Shown here: one piece after another, positions 22,702 through 36,609 of the stretch
Layout of the letters: each line of letters starts with the position of its first letter
Numbering within the stretch: position 1 is the first letter of the stretch
From: Amoebophrya sp. A120
Taxonomy: Eukaryota; Protista; Dinoflagellata
Length of the DNA stretch: 64,000 nt
NCBI GenBank assembly: GCA_905178155.1
Contig: CAJINV010000021.1
Location: 785,420-849,419 of the forward strand
Reading direction: 5' to 3'
The notes under the pieces: model-generated
What the model was told of the DNA's origin: nothing
Seen by the model: the letters and a program-made list of their open reading frames with translations, nothing else
The model's database searches: none
Position numbers and translations under genes: made by a program

Positions 22702-24897
22702 CTACGGGCATTTCTCATAAATAACGTTTCGATCGGCCTCAAATTCTTCTCTGGAGACCCACATGTGCCCGGGGGCAGCCTTCTTCAGGTACGAGCGCAG
22801 GAGGTCGAGATCAACAGGAGGCGCATTTGAAGCTGTAGTCCCGACGTATTGCTCAAACCCTGCCTTGGCTTCCAAGTACGTAGTGCGAAATTGGTCCGCT
22901 CGTTCCAAATCCTTCTCATACAAGGCAATGAGCAACATGGCGCCGTACCACGACGCGCCCTTCGTGCAGAAAAGGTTGTGCACATTCGGGATTTGGTAAC
23001 ACGTCGCATCGGTTTCCGCAGGAGGATTTTTCTTTCCCTTCTTTTTTCCCTGGCCTTTCATCGCCAAAGGCGGTTGATGCAGCGCAGTGGCGTGAGGGAT
23101 TGTCTGAGGGATTGTCTTATTGCCGAGGATAAGCGGACTTTCGGGTGGCAGAGCCTGTTGCGGCCCTTTATTCGACGGCGGGCTGCCCGTCGGCGGTAAC
23201 AAGCGATGCTGCTGCTGCGCGACTTGTGACCCAGCAGTTCCCTGTGGTGCTAGTCGTGCCCCTGGTTGCAATGTCAATGTGGCCTGTGCAGCAGCGCTGG
23301 TGTCGTAGTTTTTGCCCTGGTTATAATCCCCGTACAGGTCGCGCAAGTGCTTCAAGGTGATGCCGAAATTTTGCAAGTACTGCAGAACGGACTGGACTTC
23401 TTTCGTTTCGCAGATGATCGGAATGGGGTTCTTTCTGTTTTTCGGCGACACGCGGGACAGCAGCTGCAGCACTATCGCAAGCACCAACACTGGCAGTCTC
23501 TGCGTGTCCGGAAGGCGCGAGAACCCGCGGTGTGTGGAAGAGGAATCTTCGTTGGCGTCTTCGTCGTCGTCATCTTTTTCCCCGCGAGCGAACTCTTGAT
23601 CCTGATCATTCTCTTGACCACGCGCCTGTTCGACATCTACTGCGGGCTGCTGCTGCTGTCCAATGCTCCTCGAGGATGAGGAAGTGGCGGCTTGTTGCCC
23701 AGCAACGACTCCAGCCTGATGTATCATTTGCCTTTTTTTAACAGCTCCAGCAGGCTTCATGTTAGTCTCCTCTGGTTCTTTATTGGCGTTCAATGCCGCG
23801 TCCACAAAGTTCGCCAGCATGCCTATGTGCGTAAAATCTACTTCTTTGACTACGCGCCTGCGCGAAAGCGCATTGTAGATGTGCAACTTGCTTCCCGACC
23901 TGTCCGCGAGTCCTTTGCCCTTGTTTCCTTTAGTTGCACCTCCGGCGGCTCCTGTGGCTGTATTCTTCGTAGTTGTCGGTGCGTTTTCACCTTGTTCCGT
24001 GCTGTTCATTGAGCAGTCGTAGCTTGCCAAGACCATGCCATTTTCGACCAAACTGATCTGCAGAAACTCCTCTTCCCGCACATAGTCGATAAAAATTCCC
24101 GCGTCCCTCCCGTGTGCGTACACAGCCAGAGTCGCACGCTTATTCAGCGACACGAACGAAGCGCGCTCGAGTAAGGCTTGGGCGACCTGTTCCCGAAACG
24201 GTCCGCAGTAGGCCGTGACGACAGGTTCTATCGCAAAAATCGCTCTTTCGTCGTGCGGACTTTTTCGGTGGAGACTACTTCCTCCGATCGGACTGGTTCT
24301 GTCGGCACTTTGTCTGGACGTGTTTCTTTTGAAGGCACCAACGCCAGCTAATGCAGACGACGAGGCGGCAGCTCCCGGTGCTTCATCTTCGCCGTCGATG
24401 TCCATTGGCGCTGGCCCGGTTTCAACATCTGCATCCTCATCCTCCATGACTTCGTCCACAAGATGCTGCAAAGCTGCTTTGTGAACCGCAAACCCAAGTG
24501 ACCCTGTATATGACAAAACACCATCCGGTCGCGTGAGGCTGGCAACAGGGTCTGGAACCACGCCAGCCGCAAGCAAGTCGGTTGTACTTGCTACGTCGTC
24601 TCCACCTTTGTCAAGGTTTTCATTCATCAGAAAGGCCTCGTCATAACAACCTATCCGTGCCGACGAAAAGCCTGGTTGGAGGTCTAGCATCCAGATCTTG
24701 GGTCGCGACAAGCGTTGACTAGCTGGGAGTTGTTCAGTTTCGTCTCCCGAGTTGCTGTCTTCCACCTGCTCTGTGTTCTCCGCGTCGTCATCATCAAGCC
24801 CATCCATGTCATCATCTTGGAGTAGATCTTCGCCCGGAGTGGGCGATCCGGCAGGTAGCAGATCACCCTCCAGATCCGGTACTTGGTCTGTCGTCAT
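22702..24897 (-). CDS. Highly divergent actin-related protein (Arp4/ACTL6-like)
   Basis: Actin-fold remnants: MLDLQPGFSSARIG, LAVYAHGRDAGIFID, ASWYGAMLL, and C-terminal MWVSREEFE...YEKCP (Arp4-type KCP end). Confidence 0.65.
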   Translation of the reverse strand: MTTDQVPDLEGDLLPAGSPTPGEDLLQDDDMDGLDDDDAENTEQVEDSNSGDETEQLPASQRLSRPKIWMLDLQPGFSSARIGCYDEAFLMNENLDKGGDDVASTTDLLAAGVVPDPVASLTRPDGVLSYTGSLGFAVHKAALQHLVDEVMEDEDADVETGPAPMDIDGEDEAPGAAASSSALAGVGAFKRNTSRQSADRTSPIGGSSLHRKSPHDERAIFAIEPVVTAYCGPFREQVAQALLERASFVSLNKRATLAVYAHGRDAGIFIDYVREEEFLQISLVENGMVLASYDCSMNSTEQGENAPTTTKNTATGAAGGATKGNKGKGLADRSGSKLHIYNALSRRRVVKEVDFTHIGMLANFVDAALNANKEPEETNMKPAGAVKKRQMIHQAGVVAGQQAATSSSSRSIGQQQQPAVDVEQARGQENDQDQEFARGEKDDDDEDANEDSSSTHRGFSRLPDTQRLPVLVLAIVLQLLSRVSPKNRKNPIPIICETKEVQSVLQYLQNFGITLKHLRDLYGDYNQGKNYDTSAAAQATLTLQPGARLAPQGTAGSQVAQQQHRLLPPTGSPPSNKGPQQALPPESPLILGNKTIPQTIPHATALHQPPLAMKGQGKKKGKKNPPAETDATCYQIPNVHNLFCTKGASWYGAMLLIALYEKDLERADQFRTTYLEAKAGFEQYVGTTASNAPPVDLDLLRSYLKKAAPGHMWVSREEFEADRNVIYEKCP

Positions 24898-27486
24898 GGT
24901 TCTACGTCTTCACACTCAATCAAGAACAACGCAAACTCTCAAGCTCTACGAAGAAAACTACTAGCAATTTTAGAGGTGGTAGTTTACTTAGGAGATAGAG
25001 ATATATCAATTGTCTCCTCGCTGATATGGGGCGTAAGTACAATTATATCGAGATGGACATGGAAACAAATCAATGGAAATGCCAGTGCGGCAAAGCCAAA
25101 GTCATACAGATACATTAATATGTGATAAATAAGTGAGATCTTGAAGTCGAAGAACTCATAAACCTTGCGTCGCTCCTTCGTCGAGCTGTTTGGAAAAGAG
25201 TCAACGCGACGAATTTGGATCGTTGTTCTTGAAAATCGACGCTGCAAGCAGCGAGCAGGCGGCTATGCAGATGTGTCGACTTTTACGAGAAGCGAGGCGG
25301 AGCCGGAGATTAACGGGCAGCGGACGATCGCCAAGCGCCCCTGGAATTCGCACGCCAAACGCAAGGCACGGCAGGCCACTGTCATGAACAGCGGACCACC
25401 GCCCCCCCTTTTGCCATCGCCGTCCGGCGCGCGCGCCCCCGCCCGCTCGCAGCCACAGGGCAGGCGAACCACAGACAAGCACAAGGAAAGAAACCAAAGG
25501 CCCACGGCTGCGGGCGGGCCCGAGCTATGCGCGCGGGCGGGCCCTCCGCCGGCGGGCCCGGTCCGTCCCCCCCGCCCTGGCTCACTTCCAGCCGGGCTTC
25601 GTTCCATGACTGAAGCGAGGGCGCCGGCGCAATGCTTTGGCGCCCTGTCGCCAATGAATGACGAAACACAGCGCCCGGGCACTTTCACCGACGGACCCGG
25701 GCGCCCCGCCCGGCCTTTCCACCCTGCCCGCCTTTTCTTTTTGTCGCTTTGCCAAATCTACCGCCGAGAGATTCGCTGGGGGCGGCGGACCAGACCTTGC
25801 TCGCGGGCGGCGTCAGAATTTGCGCAAAGTGCTTGCCTGCCAGCCGGAGGATGCCGGCCGTCGCCGTCCCATTGTGCGCGAGCAATGAATTGCAAAAGCT
25901 GCAAGTAGCTGAGCCGCGCCGGCACTCTTGTGCGGCTGCTGCGTGATTCCGCCCTGCTTTTTCGCTTTAACGCCACAGCTTTTCGCAACAATGCAAAAAA
26001 TAGAAATAATCCGCAAACCCGCAGAACAAGGCTGGCCGCTGGGTGGCTGACGCTCGGGCCGCCGGCTTCCTTTCGCTGCCCCCAATGGCACACACAAGAA
26101 GACACGGGCGGCCCCACTACTAGCCTCGGCAAAGCCCCGGACTCCGGCGCCCCTTTTCCAGCCGCCTCAACACAACGAAGAAGCAAAAGCCGGAGGCCTC
26201 GCGGCATAGATACAAAACGACCGACCGGCGCCATTTCCGCGCGCGCCCGCGACGCCATCTCTCGGAATAGTGGCCGGCCTTTCCGTTGTAGTGGGCTGGC
26301 GACGCCGCTCCCCCCATCGCTATACGTCCTTGACAAATGCGCAAGGATTCCCCTTGGTCGATATTACGCCGCAACAGACTCGCCTGCACACTGTAAGCAA
26401 TCAGACAGCGCGGGCTCATCCCTCCGGCCACCATAAACAAGGCGCCAACACTGCGCCCCATGGGGCCGCCTGAGGGATGCCTAGTCGCGCGCGGCGCCCA
26501 AGAGCATGAAGGCGCGCGCGCGTCTCTGCGCGCGCGCGTCGATCCGTGCCCGCGTCCGTCCGCGCGGGCGGCCGGCGTGCGCGCGGGCGGCCGAACATAG
26601 GGGGCCGCCAGGCAGTGCGACAAAATCCATGACTGTCATGCACATGCCCCCCGTCCGGCTCGTGCAGGAGGTTCTTGCTCGATTCATTGCTTGGCTACGC
26701 ATCGCCAAGAGGCCTGCCAGGGCCCACAACGCAGGCCCGCCTCCCCCCCTCAAAGTCCGGCGCTACGCGCGAGACCGGTTCTCGGGGGCCGCGACTGCAA
26801 TCTGCCCCCGCCTGGTCCAGGCCGGTGGCAACCCACCCGGGCCGCCCAGACTGATCACCGCCCGCAAGGGCGGCGCCTAGTACCTGCGAGCAGGCGGCCC
26901 CCTGCCTGGCAAAAGGAAAGCGCCAGCCGGGGCGGCCGCCTCGCGCCGGTCGGCTTTTCGCGGGTCCCAAATTTTGGCTGACCGCACGCAGCCAAGTGCC
27001 AACGCACTCTCGTAAGCCGTCGCCTTATTCCGCGCGTTCTGGTAGACGACGCGCGGCCGGAGCCGCGCGCCGCGGCTCCATGTGCGTGCGCCCCCGGAAG
27101 CGCGCCGGCGCCCAGTGAGCGGCTACATCGTGCCAGGCTTAGTTACGTAATAATTTGGGCCAGTGCTATTAAAGAACCACTCTGTAACCAACTCCAACGA
27201 ACAACACGTACCATTGCGTCGCAACGTCGACCTCCATACGGATTGCCGGACACACACGACCATCGTCGTTACAAGAAATTATAATTCAATTCGTTGACAC
27301 TTCTGTGATGTCAATACTGTGATCATCCTTCCAATGGTAGTATAATCGAATAAACTGAAGATTCTCAGTACTTATCATTTCAACTACTTTTGTCTTCGCC
27401 AAAAAAACCCATGATAAACTGTCGCCAAAGTGTAGTACTCCAGTACTTGTACATGATGTACTTGATTATTATTATATGAGTTTCCC

Positions 27487-30733
<3,247 letters not shown>

Positions 30734-31195
30734 TCAACAGCATCAATGCGCTGCATTTTTCACGTGTCTACCCTTGTTTCACAACTATAACACAAATCAA
30801 TGATCTGCTATCTTCATCATAATTCCTGGTAGTGTAGATCGCTCGTAGCATCTTGATACGGATCTTGAAGATCCCACTTGCGAAGACCTTTTTGATCCGC
30901 TCAACATCGGATCCTAGCTACGAAAGCATGCTCTTGTCGCGCAGTCACAAAAGCAAGACAACAAGGACCTGTCTGCTGCTACTGCATGCGATACTTACTT
31001 CATGGACACAGATACAGCACTGTACCTGCAGTGGCGATCAGTTTATCCGCACATCAACTGAACAAATTGCAAGAAGTACTTCGGGCGTCAATACTTTTCG
31101 TCGCTCTTGTGTGAACGCACGTTCAACGAACTCTTCTTAGATGCTCTTGCTGTTGCTAGTGTGGAAACATCATCTTTTCTTTAGCTATTCGCTTT

Positions 31196-31585
31196 TCATC
31201 CACTTGCATTTTGGGTCATGGTTGTAATCTTTATCTTCGTCTTGTTCTTCGTACTTGATTTTGCAGCGGCCGAGCTATCTGCTCTACTACCGGTCGCAGC
31301 AGCTTCTTGCGTAGATCTTCTCGTCGACGAAGAAGTATCGATACTACAACCGCCATTCAAACCCTTCGACACTGCTTCGGCATTCTTTGCAATGTCCTGT
31401 GCCCGTCGTTGCAACCTCCTGGTCAGAGCTTCCGCCTCCAACGTCTGCAGCGCTCGCTCCCGCGCGAGGGCGTCCTTGTGCTGTTTCTCCTTCTCGTCGT
31501 ACTGCCTTTGCAATTCGCGCTCTTGCTCCAAAGTGCGGCGCAGGTGGCCGCCGATCTCCCGAACAATCTCGAGGTCTTGGTCCAT
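31196..31585 (-). CDS. Hypothetical small coiled-coil protein
   Basis: 129-aa ATG-initiated ORF with E/Q/R/K heptad character, on the array strand. Confidence 0.5.
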   Translation of the reverse strand: MDQDLEIVREIGGHLRRTLEQERELQRQYDEKEKQHKDALARERALQTLEAEALTRRLQRRAQDIAKNAEAVSKGLNGGCSIDTSSSTRRSTQEAAATGSRADSSAAAKSSTKNKTKIKITTMTQNASG

Positions 31586-32112
31586 GATGATTTCGTTTTC
31601 TTTTGCAGTTTTGTTTACATATCACACACACACACGAGGCGCACAAAGCAGATCAACTACAGAAGAAGCTTGCACGAAGTCGTGCTGAAGAGGAGCATCA
31701 TGCTGAAACGGTCGTGGTCAATGCTGCTAATAGGTATCGGTATGATCATGTGCAGCAGGTTTCAAGTCTCACATTCGATGGGATACCGATTATACAGCTC
31801 GCGATTTGTGCACCGGCACTAGCTACAAAGCGAACGAGCACGACGATTAGAAGAGCAGCTCAAATACATTCATTCGGGAAGCTACACTGGTCACGTTTTC
31901 TACTCGGTCAACAAGATTTTCATGGTACATAGCAGCTTTGATTTCGACCACATGTGCGAAGAACAAAAATCGCAAAGAGAGGGACTTGCGCAAGGAACAA
32001 GCCGCTTCACACGACTGCCGCGTTTCTCTTACTTTATTTTGCGCGTAGGTGTAGTGGCTCCTGTGGTCACAGAAGTTGTAGATGAGTCCAAGTAGTTTGT
32101 TCTGCGTACAGC

Positions 32113-33885
32113 TCACAAAGTGAAATTTTCAGCTTTGATGTTCAGCTGCATTTTATTTCCCAAATCCACCGTGTACCGGCCAGATTCCGCGTGGTACTCA
32201 CCGACTTGCGCAAAGGAACCGTTCCAAGGCGCGCCCGCTTTCAGGCCGGTTAAGCGGACGATTGCGCCTTTCTTAAACCTTAAGTCGCCGGCGGACGCGG
32301 ATGATGACAGGGGCTGCTTGGAGGAAACCTGTATTAATGTGATGTGGCATGATCATTATTTGAGAAGAAAACTGTATTTGCGAATAGCCACTTCTAGCAA
32401 CTCGTCACGTCCTACTCCTGTTGAAAGCGAACTTCATGTACAAATCGTAATCGACTTTAATGCAAAAGAAACTGTGAAGCAGGACGTCATCAACATGAAC
32501 ATACCTCAACAAGGCAGGCCCCTGGCGACGCCGGGTCGTCGAGCTGGTACAAGCATCCGCCTCCGCTGCCCTCCAGGCAAACCTGCTCGAGCCTGAAGTT
32601 GTTGGGACTCAAGGCGAGCGACTCTTCTTCGATCAGAACCTGGTAGCGGCCCTTGCCGGGTAGGTATTTCGTGATGACGCCTATTCTGCCATTCATCTGG
32701 GGCTTGCTCTTCAGGCTGTGAATCACCACCGTGCTAGAGTTCGGGATCGCGAGGCCGTTACTGCAGATGGTCTGTGGTATGCGAGTGCGTTTATAAGTTC
32801 ATCGGGTGGAATGATTTTTGAGGAGGATTCGTGATGCAGTTGTGTTCCTTTTCTGTCACGTGACTGTCTTTGTATACAAGTGTGCACCATTCATACCAAA
32901 AAATCATTTTTTTCTTATTCGTACCAGCGCTCCCTTCGCAGCCGCGTCGTTCGCAGCTGCGTCTGCTGTTGCTGGCGAAGCAGCTAGACACTTTTTCAGA
33001 AAAGCGAGCACGTCGTCAATTTCCTCGGGGCAAGCCGCGTGTCCCATGCCCTCATAGGTCTTTAGCTCGTAGCCGCTGAGGCCACTCTCTTTCATCTGCG
33101 CAGCAATCATCTGGGCGCCAATTAGAGGTATGGTTCCGTCCGCGGTGCCGTGACAGTGAAGGATGTTTGTGACGGGGGCGCGAATCTGATGTAGTTTTGC
33201 GTGAATATTTTTTGGCGAAAAGTCAATCTTTTATTCGCAATTTGATTTTTTTTTCTTGCCGCGCTTCTTCTATTACTTTTCGTGGGTCCTACTTCGACGT
33301 GCGCCGATGTAGTGCGCGATGATGAAGCAGTGTGATTTATCCAGACTGGTCCTTCAAAGAAGTACTCGAAGCATTGTATAATACCCACATCGTCTGCAGC
33401 CCCAACACCACGCCGCTCATGAGCAGTATTCCGGCGCAGGGTGTTGGGAGCTGCAGCGCCACCCAGGACGCGATGTGTCCGCCGAGCGAGAAGCCGCCGA
33501 AGATCATCTTGGAGAGAGGGACGTGCGGGTTTGCGACCAATTCCGCATTTACCAACTTTAAAATTTCGACCCACGAGCCCTCGACCATCGGGGGTCGGCT
33601 TTGCAGCATGGCCATCAAATCGACGGGGCTCAACGACTTGGCCGCCAAATCGCACCATGCGGTTTGTTTCATTCCCCCGGAGAGGGTGACCGGGATCTGC
33701 GGGGCAGTCGGCGCGATGATTTTTAAACCGGGTATTTGCTTCGCAAAGTCTTGCAGTGGCTCCCGCCAACCGTAGCTGCTGTCGCCCAACCCGTGAAAGA
33801 AAAACATCGTCGCCGTATGCTTCACGCTTGGCTCGAACGTGAGCGTTGGCCGCCCGTTATTCGGGTCCTCTTTCACGGTCACCAT
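32113..33885 (-). CDS. Acyl-protein thioesterase / phospholipase-carboxylesterase (abhydrolase_2) with two C-terminal ~50-aa modules (4 exons)
   Basis: Motifs FFHGLGDS, GGFSLGG (nucleophile Ser), HCHGTADG (Asp) and YEGMGH (His). Downstream exons join in frame via GT-AG introns to TGA at 32113; some donor positions are uncertain. Confidence 0.8.
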
Positions 33886-34209
33886 TTTGTATTTTTTCTT
33901 GGAAAAAGGAACTGCTCTATAAATTGCTACTTTGATGAACTTATCATTGGTTCGAATTCAAGAACATCATGTTGCGATCATAAAGCCCATGAACCAAAGG
34001 TAAACTAGTTTTCGTTTATTTCTTTTTGTAGCGTGTTAATCGTCTGTGCGTATACATAAATTTAAATACGTCCAAATTCTTGTTGAAAAGAAAAATAAGC
34101 AACTGTGCCATGTGGCGGCGTTGCCATTGCTACAACGGCCACATAAAAAACTGATCAAGATCCACCAGCACACGATAACCATTGATCTCGATTGCTATGC
34201 TCTCAGGGC

Positions 34210-34361
34210 TATGAAATGCAAAAGCATTGCATCGTACTAGTATAAATCGCATGACAAATTTCCTCAGCATGAAAAATGGAATTTGTAATGCGGATTTAGG
34301 TTAGGGAGATTTGTAATGCATGATTGCGATTACTACGAGTACGATGCTTTTGCACAGGATA
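34210..34361. mobile_element. Introner/MITE-like element, family B (152 bp), outside any evident CDS
   Basis: Close copy of 3115-3264 in the same orientation. TAT...ATA ends. DR AGGGC at 34205-34209 and 34362-34366. Confidence 0.9.
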
Positions 34362-34808
34362 AGGGCGCGATTGGATAAGATGATCGCCAGGTCGTCTTCG
34401 TCTACTCAGGTCTCTCTTGCCGAATGAAACCGGCAGAAGTTCTTGTGTGATCTTCTACTTGTGCTAGCGAAATGTCCGTTCCAAAAATAAGGTGACGTAG
34501 AACTACTTGAAGATGATGATCTGATACCGTGGTAGTATGACCGGATGGAATTAGACCTCCTGGGAAGATGTGCTGGCGCCAACTGCTACCGACAAACGTA
34601 CCAAGTCCAAGTGTAACACATTCGACAGAACGAATAGTCACGAACACGTCAAAAAATCTCAACCAAGGCGCGCCGTGCTCGCGCGAGTGAGGTCGCCTTC
34701 TAGCGAATTCTGAAAGGACTGACTCAAATATTCAATGCTGCGACTGCGAATGCAAATGCTTCTGTACAAATACAATTGGTCGTCGCATGAAGAAAGTAAA
34801 TAGTTTCT

Positions 34809-35543
34809 TCATTTCGTCCTCTGCTTTTTGAATTTCATCAGCAATTCTGCTTGCTCCAAATCGTCTCGGCCTCGCTTCTGATCTTTCCTCGCGACCAGAA
34901 ACGCCTCCAGGTGCGGATTGCATCCATTGAAAGATTGCCGACCGAAGGGCTTGATCTTCTTCGTGCTGATATTCGCCTGTCCGCTAGAAAGAACCTGCTC
35001 CTCTTTCGTAGGGACCCTTTCGTAGGGATCGCGGATGTTGTCCGTTCTGGCGCATTCCTCCTCGTACCCCGGCAAGACCCACTGCTCTGGTAGGGTTACT
35101 GGCTGTAGTTCAAGATGACCTGGTCCCTGCTCCGCGGGATTGATACCCGCTTGTTCCTGCTGAACTGCAGCAGCCGATGAACCAGCAGAATTTTGCCCCG
35201 GTGCTGTTCTCGCCGTCGCACCGGCGGGAGTAGTAGTTCCAGGTCTTGTAGCTGCACCCGACGCATTCACTCCTGTCCTCTGCGAAGGTGTTGTAGTCGC
35301 TGATGTCACTCGGCTTTTCCGCATGAACTGCAAACCAGCTACGTTTCTTGACAGGCCAACCGGCTTTGCGGGAGGTGCTGCGGTGGATGATACCTCCTGC
35401 GGAGCAGGTACTTTGTCACTTGGCAGAAGGCCATCCTCGGTACCGTCCGCGAAAGAAAGGGATGATGTCAGTGCTTTACTTTGCAGAAACGATGAGTTAC
35501 TGGACTGCTTCTGCTTGTTTTTCCTCTTCTGCTTGTTTGCCAT
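34809..35543 (-). CDS. MPP6: M-phase phosphoprotein 6 (exosome cofactor)-like
   Basis: LSRNVAGLQFMRK and FGRQSFNGCNPHLE match the two conserved MPP6 blocks. Confidence 0.7.
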   Translation of the reverse strand: MANKQKRKNKQKQSSNSSFLQSKALTSSLSFADGTEDGLLPSDKVPAPQEVSSTAAPPAKPVGLSRNVAGLQFMRKSRVTSATTTPSQRTGVNASGAATRPGTTTPAGATARTAPGQNSAGSSAAAVQQEQAGINPAEQGPGHLELQPVTLPEQWVLPGYEEECARTDNIRDPYERVPTKEEQVLSSGQANISTKKIKPFGRQSFNGCNPHLEAFLVARKDQKRGRDDLEQAELLMKFKKQRTK

Positions 35544-35890
35544 TTTGTCTAAAAACGGCAGGGGGGTGGAAAAATACTAGAGATGAGTCGCTTTGGCTTT
35601 AGTGTGCGTGGAGCAGAGTGTCGCTTTACAACTAGTGTGCTGACGCTGTGCTGAGTCAACTGGTCTTAAGAGAAGTTTGTCTGTCGTAGCGAGATAACTT
35701 GACCTGGGTTTACGTATAAATTGAGAGCACGCGCAGTGACATTTTTCCCATTCAAGATCGGTATGAAAGCAAAACGTCAAATCCTTCAGATCAGCATAAC
35801 AATCTGGATTGCTATTTTTTGGATCTCTGTTTTCTCACGATCTTTCGATCTCTAACTGCTTGGTGGCAGATTCTGCTTCCCATTTTTTTT

Positions 35891-36381
35891 GGTTAACATA
35901 CCAGAATCTAAACGATTGCGTCTAAACTTTCAGACCTAAACGAACAGGCGTCGAAACGATCGCCCGCGGGTCTAAACTATCAACGCGACGTCGCGAGCCT
36001 TGCTGGGATTGCAGTCCGTCCGTGCTTTCTTGTTGTCGGAGACTGGCCGACAGGAGAGGGGCCTCGATGGTGGCGAGAAGCAATCAAAAGGAGGCAGGGG
36101 GGAAAAGAGTCGAGGCAGGGGAACCGCAGGGGGGCGGGCGAAAAACAGCGAGGGAGAGAGTCGTCGGCCAGGGCAGCCGCCGCCGGCCGGCCGGCCGGCG
36201 GCGGCTGCCCTGGCCGACGACAGGAAACCCCAAACCCCAAACCCTAGACCCAAAACCCTTGAGCCGACCGCTCTCACTTTTGTATGCAAAGTTGAGAAGT
36301 TTAGAGATCTTCCCAAACGTTTACGCGTTTGGTCCAAACGTTTAGTTCCAGGGGTGCAGTTTAGATTCTGGTATGTTAACC
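35891..36381. mobile_element. Mutator-like MITE (491 bp)
   Basis: Perfect 23-bp TIR GGTTAACATACCAGAATCTAAAC. 9-bp TSD ATTTTTTTT at 35882-35890 and 36382-36390. Subterminal CTAAAC/GTTTAG repeats and an internal palindrome. Confidence 0.85.
36160..36221. repeat. Perfect 62-bp GC-rich palindrome
   Basis: GTCGTCGGCCAGGGCAGCCGCCGCCGGCCGG is followed directly by its reverse complement, with no spacer. Confidence 0.92.
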
Positions 36382-36609
36382 ATTTTTTTTCGCTTCATTT
36401 GATCTTGGTGACACGACACGCAGATCTTTTTCTTTGCTCGGCAGCAATTTTCTAAAACGAGCAAGAGAGAGAGGGGACGTCGCCATAGCACCTCCGCAGT
36501 TGATTTTTTACGGAGCGCGCCTGTTCGCATCTGTATTCTATGTGGAATAGGCTTGATATAAAATTAATGCAAAAATCCAAGGAGGATACAAACCGAATTA
36601 GACCACAGG

